Positions 45,974 to 60,857 of a stretch of 64,000 bases of DNA are shown one piece after another. The notes below the pieces were generated by a model. That model was not told where the DNA came from. It saw only the letters and a list, made by a program, of their open reading frames with translations, and did not search any database. The DNA comes from the human T2T-CHM13v2.0 reference genome, Homo sapiens. How positions within the stretch are numbered: position 1 is the first letter of the stretch; the number at the start of each line of letters is the position of its first letter. The position numbers and the translations under genes are program-made. The DNA lies in assembly GCF_009914755.1 (NCBI RefSeq), contig NC_060932.1; one strand, written 5' to 3'.

Positions 45974-47998
45974 ACAATGAGAACACATGGACACAGGAAG
46001 GGGAACATCACACACTGGGGACGGTTGTGGGGTGGGGGGAGGGGGGAGGGATAGCATTAGGAGATATACCTAATGCTAGATGACGAGTTAATGGGTGCAG
46101 CACACCAACATGGCACATGTATACATATGTAACAAACCTGCACATTGTGCACATGTACCCTAAAACTTCAAGTATAATAAAAAAATTTGCTCTTCAATGA
46201 TTTTGGGGTTAATATTGAAATCAAGATGGCAATTTAAAAATTCTTTGAATTTCAATTGTTTGAATAATAGTGACATGACTTATCAAAACCTCTGGGATAC
46301 AGCAAAAGTTGTGCTAAGCCATATATGACAAACTCACAGCCAACATCATATTGAATGGGGAAAAGTTGAAAGCATTTCCTCTGAGAACTGAAAGAAGACA
46401 AGAATGCCCATTTTCACCACTTCTATTCAACATAGTACTGGAAGTCCTGGCCAGAGCAATCATATGAGAAAAAGAAATAAAGGGCATCAAAATTGGAAAA
46501 GAGGAAATCACACTCTTATTTTCATTTATAATATGATTGTATACCTACCAACCCTAAAGACTCATCTAAAGAGCTCCTAGATTTCATAAATTCAGTAAAG
46601 TTTCAGGATACAAAATAAATGTACACAAATCTGTTGCACTGTTATATACCACTAATGACCAAGCTGAGAACACAATCAAGAACTCAGTTCCTTTTACAAC
46701 AGCTGCAAAAAATGAAATTAAATAAAAGACTTAGGAATATACTTAACCAAGGAAGTGAAAGATCTCTACAAGAAAAACTGCAAAACACTGCTGAAAGAAA
46801 TCAGAGATGACCCAGACAAGTGGAAACACATCCCATGCTCATGGATGGGTAGAATCAATATTGCAAAAATGACCATACTGCCCAAAGAAATCTACAGATT
46901 CAATGCAATTCCCATCAAAATACCATAATCATTCTTCCCAGACCTGGAAAAACAATCGTAACATTTATGTGGAACCATAAAGAGCCCTCATAGCCAAAAC
47001 AATACTAAGCAAAAAGAACAAATCTAGAGGCATCACATTACCTGACCTCAAATTATACTACAAGGCTATAGTTACTAAAACAGCATGGTGGTGTAAAAAT
47101 AGGCATGCAGACCAGTGAAACGGAATAAGAGCCCAGAAATAAGGGCAAATATTTACAACCAACTGATCTTCAACAAAGCATACAAGGACATAAATTGGGG
47201 AAAGGACACCCTATTCAATAAGTGGTGCTGGTAAATCTGTGAAGCCACATGTAGAAGAATAAAACTGGATCCTCATTTCTCACCTTACACAAAACTCAAC
47301 TCAAGATGGATCAAATACTTAAGTCTATGACCTGAAGCCATAACAATTCTAGAGGATGACATCAGAAAAACTTTTCTAAATATTGGCTTAGGCAAAGAAT
47401 ACATGAGTTAGATCACAAAAGCAAAAGCAAAGCCAAAAAAAAAAAAAAAACCCAAATAAATAAGTGGGACCTAATTTAACTAAAAAGCTATTGCACAGCA
47501 AAAGAAATAATCAGCAGAGTAAACTGACAACCCACAGAGTGGGAAAAATATTTGGAAATTATGCATCTGACAAAGGACTAATATCCAGAATCTGTGAGGA
47601 ACTCAATTCAGCAAGAATAAACAAATAATTTTATCAAAAAGTGGGCAGAGGACATGAATAAACAGTTCTCAAAAGAAGATATACAAACAGCCAATAAACT
47701 TGAAAAGTTTGCAACATCACTAATTATCAGGGAAATGCAAATTAAAACCACAATGAGACATCACCTTAGTAGAATGGCCAAAAATAAAAAGTCAAAAATA
47801 ATAAATGTTGGTATGGATAGGGTGAAAGGGAGTACTTTTACACTGCTGGGAGGAATGTAAACTAGTAACACCACTATGGAAAACAGTATGGAGATTCTTT
47901 AAAGAAAACTGAAAGTAGAACTACCATTCAATCCAGCAATCACACTACTGGGTATGTAGCCAAAGGAAAAGAAGTCATTATATAAAAAACGCACACGT

Positions 47999-48414
<416 letters not shown>

Positions 48415-49202
48415 TTATCTATTAAAAGGAATAAAATAATGTCTTTTGCAGCAACTTGAATGGAGCTGGAGGCCATTATTCTAACCGAAGTAACTCAGGA
48501 ATGGAATACCAAATATCGTATATTCTCACTTATAAGTAGGAGCTAAGCTATGAGGATGCAAAGGCGTAAGAATGATATAATGGACTTGGGGGGAGAAGGC
48601 TGAGAAGGGGGTCAGGGATAAAAGACTACATATTGGGTACAGCGTACACTGCTCAGGTGACAGGTATGCCAAAATCTCAGAAATCGCCACTAAAGAATTT
48701 ATCAATGTAACCAAATGTCACCTGTACCCCAAAAACTATTGAAATAGAAATTAAAAAATATAACTACAAATTATTTGATACTCCTTTCAAGGGATACAGC
48801 CTAATTTTTCTCCCTTGTGGGCTGGACTTAGTGATTGTCTTCTAACAAATGGAATAAAGCAGAAATAATGATGTATGACTTTGGAGACTAGATCGCAAAA
48901 AAAGCACTACAGCTTCCTTCCTAACACCTATCTTCTTGTGTTGGTTAGTTTGAGTGAAGTGAGCTTTCAGGTTGTGAGGATTCTGTGGGGAGGACCTATG
49001 GTGAGGACCTTGTAGCAAAGAACTGAAGTCTCCTACCAACATCCAGCAGGGAGCTGAGGCACCTGGCCAGTAGTCCTGTAAATGTGCTGTCTTGAGAGCA
49101 GACCCTCTGGTCTGGGTTATGCCTTCAGATGATGGTAGATCCTGCTGACATCCTGACTAAAACTACCTGAGACAGCCTGTGCCAGAACCATCCAGTGAAG
49201 TC

Positions 49203-49319
49203 TAAAGTGATCTACCAACTCATTCTGGTTTGCCTAGAACTTTCCTGGTTTGATCACTTAAAGTCATGTTTCCTAAGAATCCTCTAAGTTGTGGGCAAAC
49301 CAGGTGGTTTGTCACCCTA
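49203..49319. mobile_element. MER81-like hAT-Blackjack MITE inside MLT1
   Basis: ~115 bp with CTGGTTTGCCTAGAACT and GGGCAAACCAGGTGGTTTGTCACCCTA termini. Confidence 0.65.
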
Positions 49320-49647
49320 ATGTTTCCTAAATTCCTGACCCACAGAAACTGAAACACTCAAACTGATTTTAAGTCACTAAGTTTTTTGTTAATGTATTAC
49401 ATGACAACAGATGCTCAGACAAGAGTCATGGTTTTCTACTTATTGGCACATCAAAATTCAGAAAATTAAGAGTTGTCTCAGACACTCATTTACACAATTT
49501 AAATTTTAGATTCTGACTCTAGCCTTCATGATCTAACAAAAAATTGGCTAAAAATCTAATCATTTTACCTATTGTCTTATTCCCTAATGATTATTTGAAT
49601 GCATTTCTTTTTTTCTCTAAATTTTATGGTTGTTTTGATACCTGGCT

Positions 49648-50059
49648 TGTGTGTGTGTGTATATATATATGTGTGAATATATATTTATATGTGTGTGCGT
49701 ACATATATGTATATATGTACACACACACATATATTTATGTATATATGTATTTGTGTGTGTATGTATGTGTGTGTGTATATACCAGGGTCTCACTCTGTCA
49801 CCCAGGCTGAGTGCAGTGGCACGATCCTGGCTCACTGTAACCTCAAACTCCCAGGCTCAAGTGATCCTTCCACCTCAGCCTCTTGAGTAGCTGGGACTAC
49901 AGGAACATGCCACCATGTCTGGCTAATTTTTAATTTTTTTGTAGAGACAGGGTCTTACTGTGTTGCTCAGGCTTGTCTCCAACTCCTAGACTCAAGTGAT
50001 CCTCCCATTTTAGCCTCCAAAAGTGTTGGGGATATAGGTGTGAGCCACCACATTCAGCC
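49648..50059 (-). mobile_element. AluJ with its tail replaced by a (TA/TG)n microsatellite
   Basis: CAGGGTCTCACTCTGTCACCCAGGCTG...CCAGGCTCAAGTGATCC; microsatellite at 49648-49780. Confidence 0.88.
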
Positions 50060-50104
50060 AGATATCTGTTAAATATCACATTTCTAAAAGTATTACTCAA
50101 TATA

Positions 50105-50265
50105 TTGTGTACAGACTACATGCTTTACAATCATCTGGAGAATTTGTAAAAAATGCACATTCTTGGCCCCACTTCAGACCCACTGATTAGAATTTCTGGG
50201 GGTGTGGAACAGAATTTTGTGTGTTTATTAGGCCTGAGAGGTGGTTCTTAGATACTGACTTAAGA
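50105..50265. mobile_element. MER5A-like hAT-Charlie
   Basis: AATCATCTGGAGAATTTGTAAAAAATGCACATTCTTGGCCCCAC..CAGACC..CTGATTAGAATTTCTGGGGGTG. Confidence 0.7.
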
Positions 50266-52888
50266 GAAATGACTTAAAAATTCTGCTATTGACTACCAAC
50301 TTTCAAGCTGGTAGAAATAATACATTGACTATAATATGCTATGAAAGAGCTCTTATTGATAACAAGGTTACCATTACCCAAGGGTTTTAGTCTTCTTAAC
50401 TTCACTGGGGAAAGGAGAGGAATACATACTGACAGAGCAGATGGATGAGTTCACTGATTGCTTTCAGGAGATGGATAATAGGTCAGCAAACATGCTGTGG
50501 ACTAATATTGGGAAGTGCCTTGTGTTATCTGGTATTGGGAGCTGAGGAAAACAATTAAAAGCCCCCTGGCTGAAAAGCCTTGGTGCATATTTCCCTTTTC
50601 TGTGAAGTTATACAGACATCAGAAGGCCCAACTAATCTGTTACAAATCCAAACAACTATAACTGGAGTCAGGCTGTTTTTGAAGGGAGATGAGCAAAAGG
50701 AAGACAAATTGAGGAGGTGTGGGAGTGCCAAAATGAGAAAAGCAATTGCAGTTCCAGCATAATGACACATGTGAATAATAAGCACGCCCCGTTTGTGGTG
50801 TATACATCGTTGCTAATGAAACATTTTACAGATTGTACAAATAACATGTCCACTACGAAGGAGGGGGGAATATACCAAAGTCAAATAATTAGAGAAGGCA
50901 ACACTTTCCAGGAAGATGCAATACAGCAGAAGCAACAGATGGAAGCTAATGGAAGAAAAGGAAAAGGGAGACTATGAGATGCTTTTTGTGCTAAAATAAA
51001 CAAAGTGCAGGAGGTCAAGGGGATGGAACAGAGCAGGAAGGAAGTGACTGACAAATTGCAAATCTTTCTCTCTTTGATGCATACAGCATAGAATTGATTA
51101 GCTTCAGTTTAATTTAATTTAACTCGGTTCAACATTATTAACTCTGCAATGCACTCCACTTAGGCACTGAGATTATCCAAGAATGAGTAAGGCAAGTTTC
51201 ATCTCCTCAAGGAGTTTACAATCTAGCAGGCAGGAATGGAGATGGAGATGGGTAAATACACACATAAACAACTAGTGATAATTATACCAGTTTCTCTTAG
51301 GAAATATATGTCATGCCCTTCATTGTATCCTGAAGAATATTTTCTGTGACCTCTGGATGTATAAAGGATAAAATAATCTATGAACCTTATCTAATTTGTC
51401 TGCAAAATTCAAACAATTTTTTTGTTGAGTTGTTATGTCAGATTTTCTAAGTTGCTTCTCTTTATGCCTTTAGAGTAAAAATATTAGGGGAATTTGTTTA
51501 ATGAAAACTGTTTAGAGAAAGTATTTCCTTCTGACACCTATTATTTAAATGATAGCAGGTATTTATAAGCATGTAGTTTCTCATTGACATAATAATTATA
51601 TGGAATAGCTATTGTTGTCCACATTTTAGAGATGATGAAAAGAGGTTGAGATAGTTTAAACTAAGTATGTTGCCCAAGGTCATACAGCTAGTAAGGGTAG
51701 AGCTGCAGTTGTAACCCACATCTTTCTAATATCATTAGCATGAACTCTTAAAATTCTTTATGTTGCCTTTTGAGATAGCATGGAAGTAGAATGAAATAAG
51801 TGCTAAGTGTATGTATAAATAAATTATAGGCTTCCAAATGAAAAGGCATTTTTTTTTTTCTGACATGGGGTTAGACAATCCAAAGGCATAGTGGCAACTG
51901 AATTGGGTCTTGAAGGATGAGATGGATTTTAATAAAGACTTGAGAATTGAAGGAGCAACAGGAGCAAAAATGTTAAGACACACAAGCTAAAGGTGTGTTT
52001 TGAAATTGACTAGCATACAGTGTTACACACAGAGGAATCAGACTAGAATGATAATTTGCAATTGGTTATTTAAAAAACCCAAGAATTTGGGGTTTTATTC
52101 TGGAAGCAATGAGGAGGCTATACAGTTTTTGAGGCGAGAGATGAAATAACCAGATCTCTATGGTTGGTTGATAAGGGATTGGAATATTATGGGCAAAGAG
52201 GCAAATGTTTAGAATTTGTCAGGCTGATTAGAAGGCTATTGAATTAGTCTAGGTTAAAATAAAAACAAACAAAAAACCAAGAGCATGTTTAAAAGCATAA
52301 ATATTGCAAAACCCCCTAGAATTATTAGGATTTTCTGACTATCTGGATGCAGTGGGTGAAGAATAGAAAGCTGTTGTAGATGACTTTAAAATGTGTGCTT
52401 GTAATTAGAATAGAAGCACTTTATTAAATGAGATAGAAAACCTCAGCAGAGAGGCAGTTTTCCAGAAGAGGAAGGTGAAGAGTTCATTATACTAAAATTG
52501 AGTTTTAGAAATGTATGGAAAACAGCTGGAAATATTCTAGAGTTTAGGAGAGAGAGAAAGTCTTATGATATAGATGGGAGCATTTATGGTCATTGGATGA
52601 TCTGGGAGATTATTTTGTCTGCAGAAAACTGGGGGAAAAAGCAGGAACATTCACTTCCCTGAGATTACATGTCATCTAAGTTATAAAAAATTAATCTCAA
52701 TCAACATTTAATGAGGAAAAGGCATAGGCTGTGGCCATTACAAGCCTTCCATCCAAGAAGGATAAAGAAATAATTCTATAAATATTCTGTGAATTCCCAT
52801 GGACATCTCATAAAATTAGGGATTTATAACCCCTGAGGGGCCTTAGTAAAAATGCAACATTACACAGGCTGGGAATGTCAAAATTCCT

Positions 52889-53701
52889 TGAAACTTTGCA
52901 AAATTATAGCAATGAGGGAAATCTAACATTATTGACTCCATCTTGCTTCTAGCTTCATAAGCTAACTGCTTTTGCTTAATCTTGTGTGTAGGTCAGGCTA
53001 ACTATGGGAGGAATTTAGTTCACAGTTCTACCTTAGAGCAAGGATAATAGTCCCTTCCCAAAACTAACAACCTCCTTGTTCAGGGACTAAAACTGCCTTT
53101 GTGGAACCAATACAAGGCCACAAGCTTAGTATTATAATAGATGCCTGAATTCTGCTAAGGTATAGGCACAGTTAAACAATAACTAGTCATTGTTCCCTAA
53201 CTTGCTTTTTATAATTGCATACTGCTCAGGAATCACATAGCTGGTAGTCACAAGATTTGTAACTTCCCTAGTTGCTCCTATAGATGACACTGCTATTGTG
53301 AAACTTAAGACTGGTGTTGAAGATATTTTTCAGACTTTGCATTCTGGTGGACCAGCTGATGCCACCCAGACCAGTGACCCATATCTAGAAGCTGACTCAA
53401 CTGGTTCTGTGACCCCAACCCAGGAACTGATTCAGCACACAAAGACAGTTTTGACCCCCCTGGGATTTCATCCCCATCCCAACCAATCAGCAGTGCCCAT
53501 TATGTAGCACCCTGCCCACCAAACTATCCCTGAAAACCTTAGTCTCCAAATTCTCTGGGAGTGGGATTTGAGAAATATCTCCTGTCCTCCCTGCTTGGCT
53601 GCCTTGTGATAATTAAACTCTTTCTCTGCTGTAATACCTGCTGTCTTGGTGTATTGTATTTTTCTGTGCAGCACACAGAAAGAACCCATTGGGCTGTAGC
53701 A
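52889..53701 (+). mobile_element. LTR8-family (LTR8A/B-like) ERV1 solo LTR
   Basis: TGAAACTTTGCAAAATTATA...GACTCCATCTTGCTTCTA...CTAACTATGGGAGGAATTTAGTT...ATTAAACTCTTTCTC...CCCATTGGGCTGTAGCA. Confidence 0.82.
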
Positions 53702-54149
53702 CCATGGGCTTCTTTTTTTCAGTCCATATTCAGGCTTGAATCAAGCCTGGGGATAGGATGATGTGGGCACTTCCATAGTTCAGTATTCACACCCTACAAT
53801 TTTTGCTGCCTCTTATAGTTGTACTCAGTTGAAGAGTGATTTTGGCAAGTATATTGCTTCATGCTTTGTCTTTGAAATCTTGGTGTTATTCTCTCTATAA
53901 TCTCTTAAGAAATTTATAAGTGGAAACAGCACACATCACAATTGAAAAACATGTCTTTTCTCTCCAATGTTAAAAGGAAGAGATTTTTTTGCAGCTGTCA
54001 TTTCAAAAACTAATTATCTTTTTTGTCATATGTGTGGCATATGACACACATGTGTCATATGTGTGGCATATTATTTTAGGAACACTAGGAGTACTATTTT
54101 AACTTTTATGCTATAATGTCATGAGTATAATTATTATAACTATTTCTTT

Positions 54150-54449
54150 ACTTATTTTTAGTTTTTTGAGACAGAGTCTTGCTCTGTTGCCCAGGCTGCA
54201 GTGTAGTGGCACAATCTCAGCTCACTGCAATCTCTATCTCCTGGGTTCAAGCGACTCTTGTGCCTCAGCTTCCTGAGTAGTTGGGACTACAGGCATGTGC
54301 CATAACACCTGTATGATTTTTGTATTTTTAGTAGAAATGGGGTTTCACCACATTGGCCAGGCTGGTCTTGAACTCCTAGGCTCAAGTGATCCCCCAGCCT
54401 TGGCCTCCCACAGTGCTAGAATTACAGGCATGAAACACCATGCCCAGCC
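54150..54449 (-). mobile_element. Alu (AluJ/S)
   Basis: Alu consensus; TSD TAATTATTATAA(C/T)TATTT. Confidence 0.9.
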
Positions 54450-57400
54450 TAATTATTATAATTATTTAAAATCTGTTCTGATGAAGTTTAAATGGACATA
54501 ATTTGTAATGAAAGGAAGTGTTCTGTTTATTGCAAGTCTGACTTACAGATTTTAGTTTCAGAAGTTTAGGAATAGTGAAATTCTTCCATTAGTTTATAGA
54601 TGCCCCATAGATTACCAAAAGGATATCAAAAAAATTTGCATTATCTGATTGATATCTTCTAAGTACTATCTTTATGACTTTTCTGAATAGCCTTCTGAGT
54701 CCATAAACAACCAGGAATTAAAAGACTAGCAGAAATGTTTGATGGTGGCTGTCTTCTTAGGCAATCGGCTGTTCACTCATCAAATATGGAGGCATTTCAG
54801 CTTTAGTGCTTCTGGAACAGAAGTGACATAAGAATGCCTCCTAGGTATTTTAGATGTGACTAAGTATACTTTTTTCCAAGGTCAGGCAGGCATTCCATTT
54901 TTAAGTTCTGGGAAAGAGAACTTGTGTTATTACAATCTAGTCACAAGATAACACCTGCAGGATGCTTGTAAGTACACATCTTTAGCTCTCAGGCAATGAA
55001 TGTTCTCAACTGATTAGCTGACCACAAGTAAGTCAAATCTCTATTTCATTTATGAGGCAACTTGTATTTCATTAGGTTTTAATACTTTGCTTTGGACATG
55101 TGTACTGACAGGAACTCGGTGTCTTATGGCTACTTCTAATTCTCGAATCAGTGATTCTAATGAGATTATTTGTCTTAAATGAGTCTCATTTTACTTACAT
55201 TATATAACATAATAAAGGCCTAATAATATCCAAAATATTTGAAATATTGTTTTCAGTATGGATGTTATTAAGTCCTCCTGAGAATGTGGTCTATTTTCTC
55301 ATGAGAGTAATTAAATGGTGAGTTATCAAAAATGGCAATAGAGTGAGAGCTTCAAATTTGGGCTTTAGTGACAGTCAGACCTGTACTGAAGCCAGTTCTG
55401 TCACTTACTGAGTCAAGTTGGTCAAATTATTTGAACTGTAGAAATTCTCAATTCCAATAACATAATTACCTCACGGGTTTGGAAGGCCTAAATGACAGAA
55501 TGCATATAAAATGTTAATTTCAAAAGTGAGGTTATTGGGGTTTGTGTCTCTTGATCATTCATTTGCTACAGGATATTTTATTAATCTCTGATAAGGAAAG
55601 TAGCCAAAAGGCAGAGCTATTCATGCATGATGCACTCTTCCCACACAAAACAGTAAGTGTACTGGGTTTGGAATCGGTAGAGTTGTGATGTAGGGGAAGG
55701 AAACGCTATTTGCACCCAACAATTTCAGGAAACATGGTGCCTAAGGGAACACATGGAAAGAGGAATCAGATTCTCACTTAAACACAAGAGCAGGGTTGGA
55801 GAGGTTTCATAAATGAGTACACCTGGGCATATAACTTCAAACACCTGGGCAAATAAGTTATGAAAAAAATGTTTTTATTCAGTGCCTACTATGTATAATG
55901 TGTTATGTTAGAAATATCACTGTAGTCTCTCAATCCTATAATAATCATTACATCAGTGATGGAGATAAATTTCCTAAAATTTAGAAAATTTAATTTTCCC
56001 AAGATTCACATCTAAAAAAATTTAATGTCATGAAGGGAGATGAAATTTCCTCTTCAATATTGCCTCCCTGACCTGCTTCTATGTTTTAGACATGGGATTA
56101 TAAGAAATGGATCAAGAAAGAGTATTCTCTTCCCATTGGAGGATGACTTGGCCAAAAGAGATCTGTCAGAAGAGTCAAGATAGTTTCTTCAGTATCTGCG
56201 TAGAGACCCCATCCTAGCTCCCCTGTTTAAGGTTCCAGGTCCCCATTAATCTGTAGAGGCCATGGCAACAGCCCACAAAAGTGCAGCAAACAGCACTGCA
56301 TGGGGCTGGCACAGGACAAATTGGAACACTACATGGTCATCTAAGCCTATAAACAAGTTTTCGGGAAGGAAAGTTCTTTAAATCTTGAAGAGTTGCAAAC
56401 ATAAATAGACCTCAGACAAGACAGACTGTGGCCAGACCAGCGAAGAAGACAATGAAGAAGACTTTCCCTTGCTTCTAAATCCACCCATTTCTTATATCCT
56501 TTGGACACCATTATGTTTTGCTTTGTTTGCCAGGGGTTTGTAAGCAAAATTATCTCAACAGATGTACAAGTAGCCCATGGGTTTTTCAAGAGGTTACGAA
56601 ATAGCCTTGTTAACCCTCAGTGTACTAAGATGTTCCAAACACACAACTTCATGTTGTTCTAGGGGCTGGGATGGTAACAGCTGGCCCAACTGGCTTCTTA
56701 GTCCAGGGAGATTACAGTGAAGGGAAACAGAAAAATTGTCAGTGGCTCTGCATGTGACTTCTCCCTTCCCTAGTCATATACTTACCTCTCTTATAAATTT
56801 AATGCTCAAAAATATTTTTTTAGGCATTAAGGGTCCTGGAAAATATTCTAGATTCTGGGACAATTCAGAAAATGTCCCTGCTCTCATGGCTGTTGAGTTT
56901 GTGGCTGGGTGGGTGGAAGATAGACAATCAACAGACACATCGAGCTGTAAAACAATTCTAGATAATGATAAGCACATTTGAAGAAAAATAAAGGTAAGGA
57001 AGAAATCAGAGAGCAACTGAAAAGAAGTGGCTGAGGGACTAGGGCAAAGATTACGGTTAAGCTGAGGTGTTTAGGGAAGGTTTGAGGATGTGGAAGCTGC
57101 AGTTGAAACAGATGCTCTGGGAGAAAAGGAAGAAGAAGCAGAGTGGAGAGAGTGGGATTGCCTATGGAAGATTAGAGAGTGATAATTCCAGGGTCATGCA
57201 ATTGTGTGGGAGAAGTAGAGAGAAGTAGCAGCAACTTACAAAAGAAACACAGAGACGAGCTTAGATAATCAAATATGTGCAGCTGTGTTTTGGTCTCAGT
57301 GTTTTCTTCTTACTCATAACAAATAAAGTTAGATTAATTTAGTAGCACATTTTCATCATCAGAATATTTCCCGCCCCCCCACTAACTCCCCGGTCCTTTC

Positions 57401-57899
57401 TTCCTTTCCTTCCAGAAGGTTGTATTGTTGGAGATGTTAATTTAACCAGAAAAGCTGAAACCGATAATGTGGAACTTTCATTCGCTTGCCATTGTGGCCC
57501 TGAATATTACAAACCCCATTTATGACAGGTCTAATATGTCTCTTTTTACTGGCAAATTATCATTTATCCTGCAAGGTGTGAGAACTTAATCCTTTGCATT
57601 TAAGGAGCTCATAGCTTGAGCACTGCAATTATCAACCCATTAATTCTTTTTCTTGAGAGACTAAAAAAAAGTGCTTAAAAAAAAAAGTGCTTAAAATGTG
57701 CCCGTGTCCTTTTCTTGGTGTCACCATAGTCTTAACTCTGCTGACTGAGGTTTAACCTACTCGTGGTATATTTTCTCTCTCGTCTTCTTGATGTTGCTAC
57801 TGTGCTGGGCAGAGCTTTGCTCACTCAGCACCTTAATAAACCAAAACAAAATAGTTCACTTTGTATTTCCACAAGTTCAAATATTTTAGGAGGTGGCAG

Positions 57900-58130
57900 G
57901 AAATAGTAGAAAGATTAGGGATGTTTAGAATCAGACCATTTTGGGTTCTAACTGTACAGTGACATCATTTACTAGCTGTTTGAGCTTGAACAAGTCATTT
58001 TAACTCCCTGAGCCTCAGCTTCCTCTTACAAAAAATACAGCAATAAGTCCTACCTCGTTTGTTTGTATTAAGGACGATACAGAATATGGTACCTGGATGT
58101 CAGGCCCTGGGATGTGGTTAACTCATTCAG
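57900..58130 (+). mobile_element. MIR
   Basis: TTTACTAGCTGTTTGAGCTTGAACAAGTCATTTTAACTCCCTGAGCCTCAGCTTCCTC. Confidence 0.75.
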
Positions 58131-58431
58131 TTGGTATTAACCCATCCTTTAAAATTTAACGTTAATCAATATTAGTTTATTAACATCACCCGTTATACAT
58201 TAAATAGGCCAGCATCCCTCCTGGTATCTTTCAGGATGTGAGTATTTGCATGTTTTACCTGAGCCCTTCTGGCCTTAATCCCTGGTTCTGCCTCACTGTT
58301 GACCTCAGATCTGCCTAACACTTTGTTCTGCTGCCCCCACTTTTTTCTGTTCTTACCTGGAGAAAATTAAAAACAAAAAAACAAAAACTTCATTATGCAG
58401 ATCAACTTTCTCTGGTTTTGTTAAAGAATAC

Positions 58432-58812
58432 TATATTAGTCTGTTCTCATACTCTTTAAAGAACTACCTGAGACTGGGTAATTTATGAAGAAAAGAGGTT
58501 TAATTGACTCACAGTTCCACATGGCTGAGAAGACCTCAGGAAACTTACAGTCATGGTGGAAGGCGAAGGGGAAGCAAGCCCCCTTTTTCACATAGTGGCA
58601 GGAGAGAGCGAGAGCAAAGGGGAAGGTGCCAAAACTTTTAAACAACCAGATCTCATGAGAACTCTATCATGAGACAGCACTACAGTTATGTTGCAAAACT
58701 GTTGGAAACTGCCTGTGTGATCCAATAACCTTCCACCAGGACCCTCCCCTGACATGTGGGGATTACAGTGTGAAATGAGATTTGGGTGGAGACACAACGC
58801 CAAACCATATCA
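58432..58812 (-). mobile_element. MSTA/THE1D solo LTR
   Basis: TATATTAGTCTGTTCTCA...GAGACTGGGTAATTTATGAAGAAAAGAGGTTTAATTGACTCACAGTTCC...CCAAACCATATCA; 5-bp TSD AATAC. Confidence 0.92.
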
Positions 58813-59284
58813 AATACATTTTTCAAAAAGGTAAAAACTGTGTTTTTTTTCTCCCTAGGAGCCCATTCCTAGCTTATCCTGGCCACGCACAGACTATTTT
58901 CACAGTATCTAAATTGTTCATCAGTGACAGAGCATCACTAAATGGAGATCTATTCTTTCTTCCCAGAGGAATAATACTGCATCGTTCTTTCTCTTTTTCT
59001 GTCATGTCAAAATACTTGGCACTTTGTACACATTCAATAATTACTTCTTCCCCTTTACCCTTCCTGACTTGTTCTTCAATTCTCAGCTCAGATTCTATGG
59101 CTGTTACATGCTTTGCATTGTTTCCCTGAGCTAAAAGTATTCTTCCCACTCTGAATTTTCATGTCTTTGTACTGCAATTGCTCTATCACAACAATAAGAA
59201 TGGTAAATGTCCTAAGAGATGCTGGTGCTTTACCTCCCCTACTTCTTGAAGCTACGTAAAGGACTACTTTTAGTGTCTCTAAGT

Positions 59285-59800
59285 AAGCAGTCTTCAAACT
59301 TTTTGGCACCAAGGACCGGTTTCATGAAAGACAGTTTTTCCACAGACTGGGGGCAGGAGATTGTTTTGGGATGATTCAAGCACATTACATTTATTGTGTA
59401 CTTTATTTCTATTATTATTACATTGTTTTATATAATGAAATAATTATACAACTTACCATAATGTAGAATCAGTGTGAGCCCTGAGCTTGTTTTCCTGCAA
59501 CTAGATTGTTCCCATCTGGGGGTGATAAGAGACAGTGACAGATCATCAGGCATTAGATTCTCATAGTGAGTGTGCAACCTAGATCCCTTGCGTGTGTGGT
59601 TCACAGTAGGGTTTATGCTCTATGAGATTCTAATGCCACTGCTGATCTGACAGGAGGTAGAGCTCAGGTGGTAATGCAAGCGATGGGGAGTGGCAGCAAC
59701 TACAGAGGAAAATTCACTTCCTTACCTGCCACTCACCTCCTGCTGCGTGGCCCAGTTCCTAACAGGCCACAGATGGGTACCTGGGGGTTGGGAACTCCTG
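59285..59800. mobile_element. MER1A hAT-Charlie element
   Basis: TTTTTGGCACCAAGGACCGGTTTCATG...GGGGTTGGGAACTCCTG; 8-bp TSD CTCTAAGT (59277-59284, 59801-59808). Confidence 0.9.
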
Positions 59801-60194
59801 CTCTAAGTATCCTCACAGAATCTGCCACAGATAATTGAACTTATTTTGTTTGTATGCAAGGTTGAACTAACTTAAGGAAAATAGAGTGATAAAGTGAAAT
59901 TATGGCTTCAGGTATATTTGTATTTTGATCATCCCTAAATCTCATTTTAGCATCAGAATGTGACTGAAAAAAATAGAGTCAATGGCATAGAATTTGAAAG
60001 GAAGCAGAGAGGATAAGACAAGAAGTCCTTCGAAATCTTTCTAATTATAGGTTTTGTTGAGAAGATAAAAATTACTTTTACTCAGGGCGTGAGATAAAGA
60101 CAGGGAGGTTATTTAATTGCATTTCATAAAATAGAAAAAGAATCTTATTGTTTCTCAACCTATTCATCATTGTTATAATCAGTCATGTAGAACT

Positions 60195-60410
60195 GTATTT
60201 CTCAAAGTGGGTTTCATGGTCTACCTGCATTAAAATCATCTGAGGGCCTGTTAAAGTAGATTTTTAAAGTAGTTTTTTTTTTTTTTTTTTTTGGCGTCAT
60301 CCTCTTAAATCAGAATATCTGAGGGTGGGTTGGGGGTATATCTCTCAAGAGTCTGAATTTTTATTGCAGACCTCAGGTGATTTTTAGGCCTGCTGAAGTG
60401 TGAAAACTTG
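60195..60410. mobile_element. MER5-like hAT-Charlie
   Basis: TTTCTCAAAGTGGG...CCTGCATTAAAATCATCTGAGGGCCTGTTAAA...AAATCAGAATATCTGAGGGTGGG...CAGGTGATT. Confidence 0.65.
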
Positions 60411-60546
60411 GCCATAGAAAATGCATTATTTTTTTACATTCAAGGAAAATGTTAGGGAACTCTTTCTAGTATGGCCAGAAGTAGTGCAGTTCAGTGAAAA
60501 TAGCAGAAATTGCAGTGTCACAGCTTCTAGGAGACCTAGGGTTTGA

Positions 60547-60857
<311 letters not shown>

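Noticed and set aside
57663-57700. AAAAAAAAGTGCTT repeated
   Set aside because: Trivial slippage duplication.
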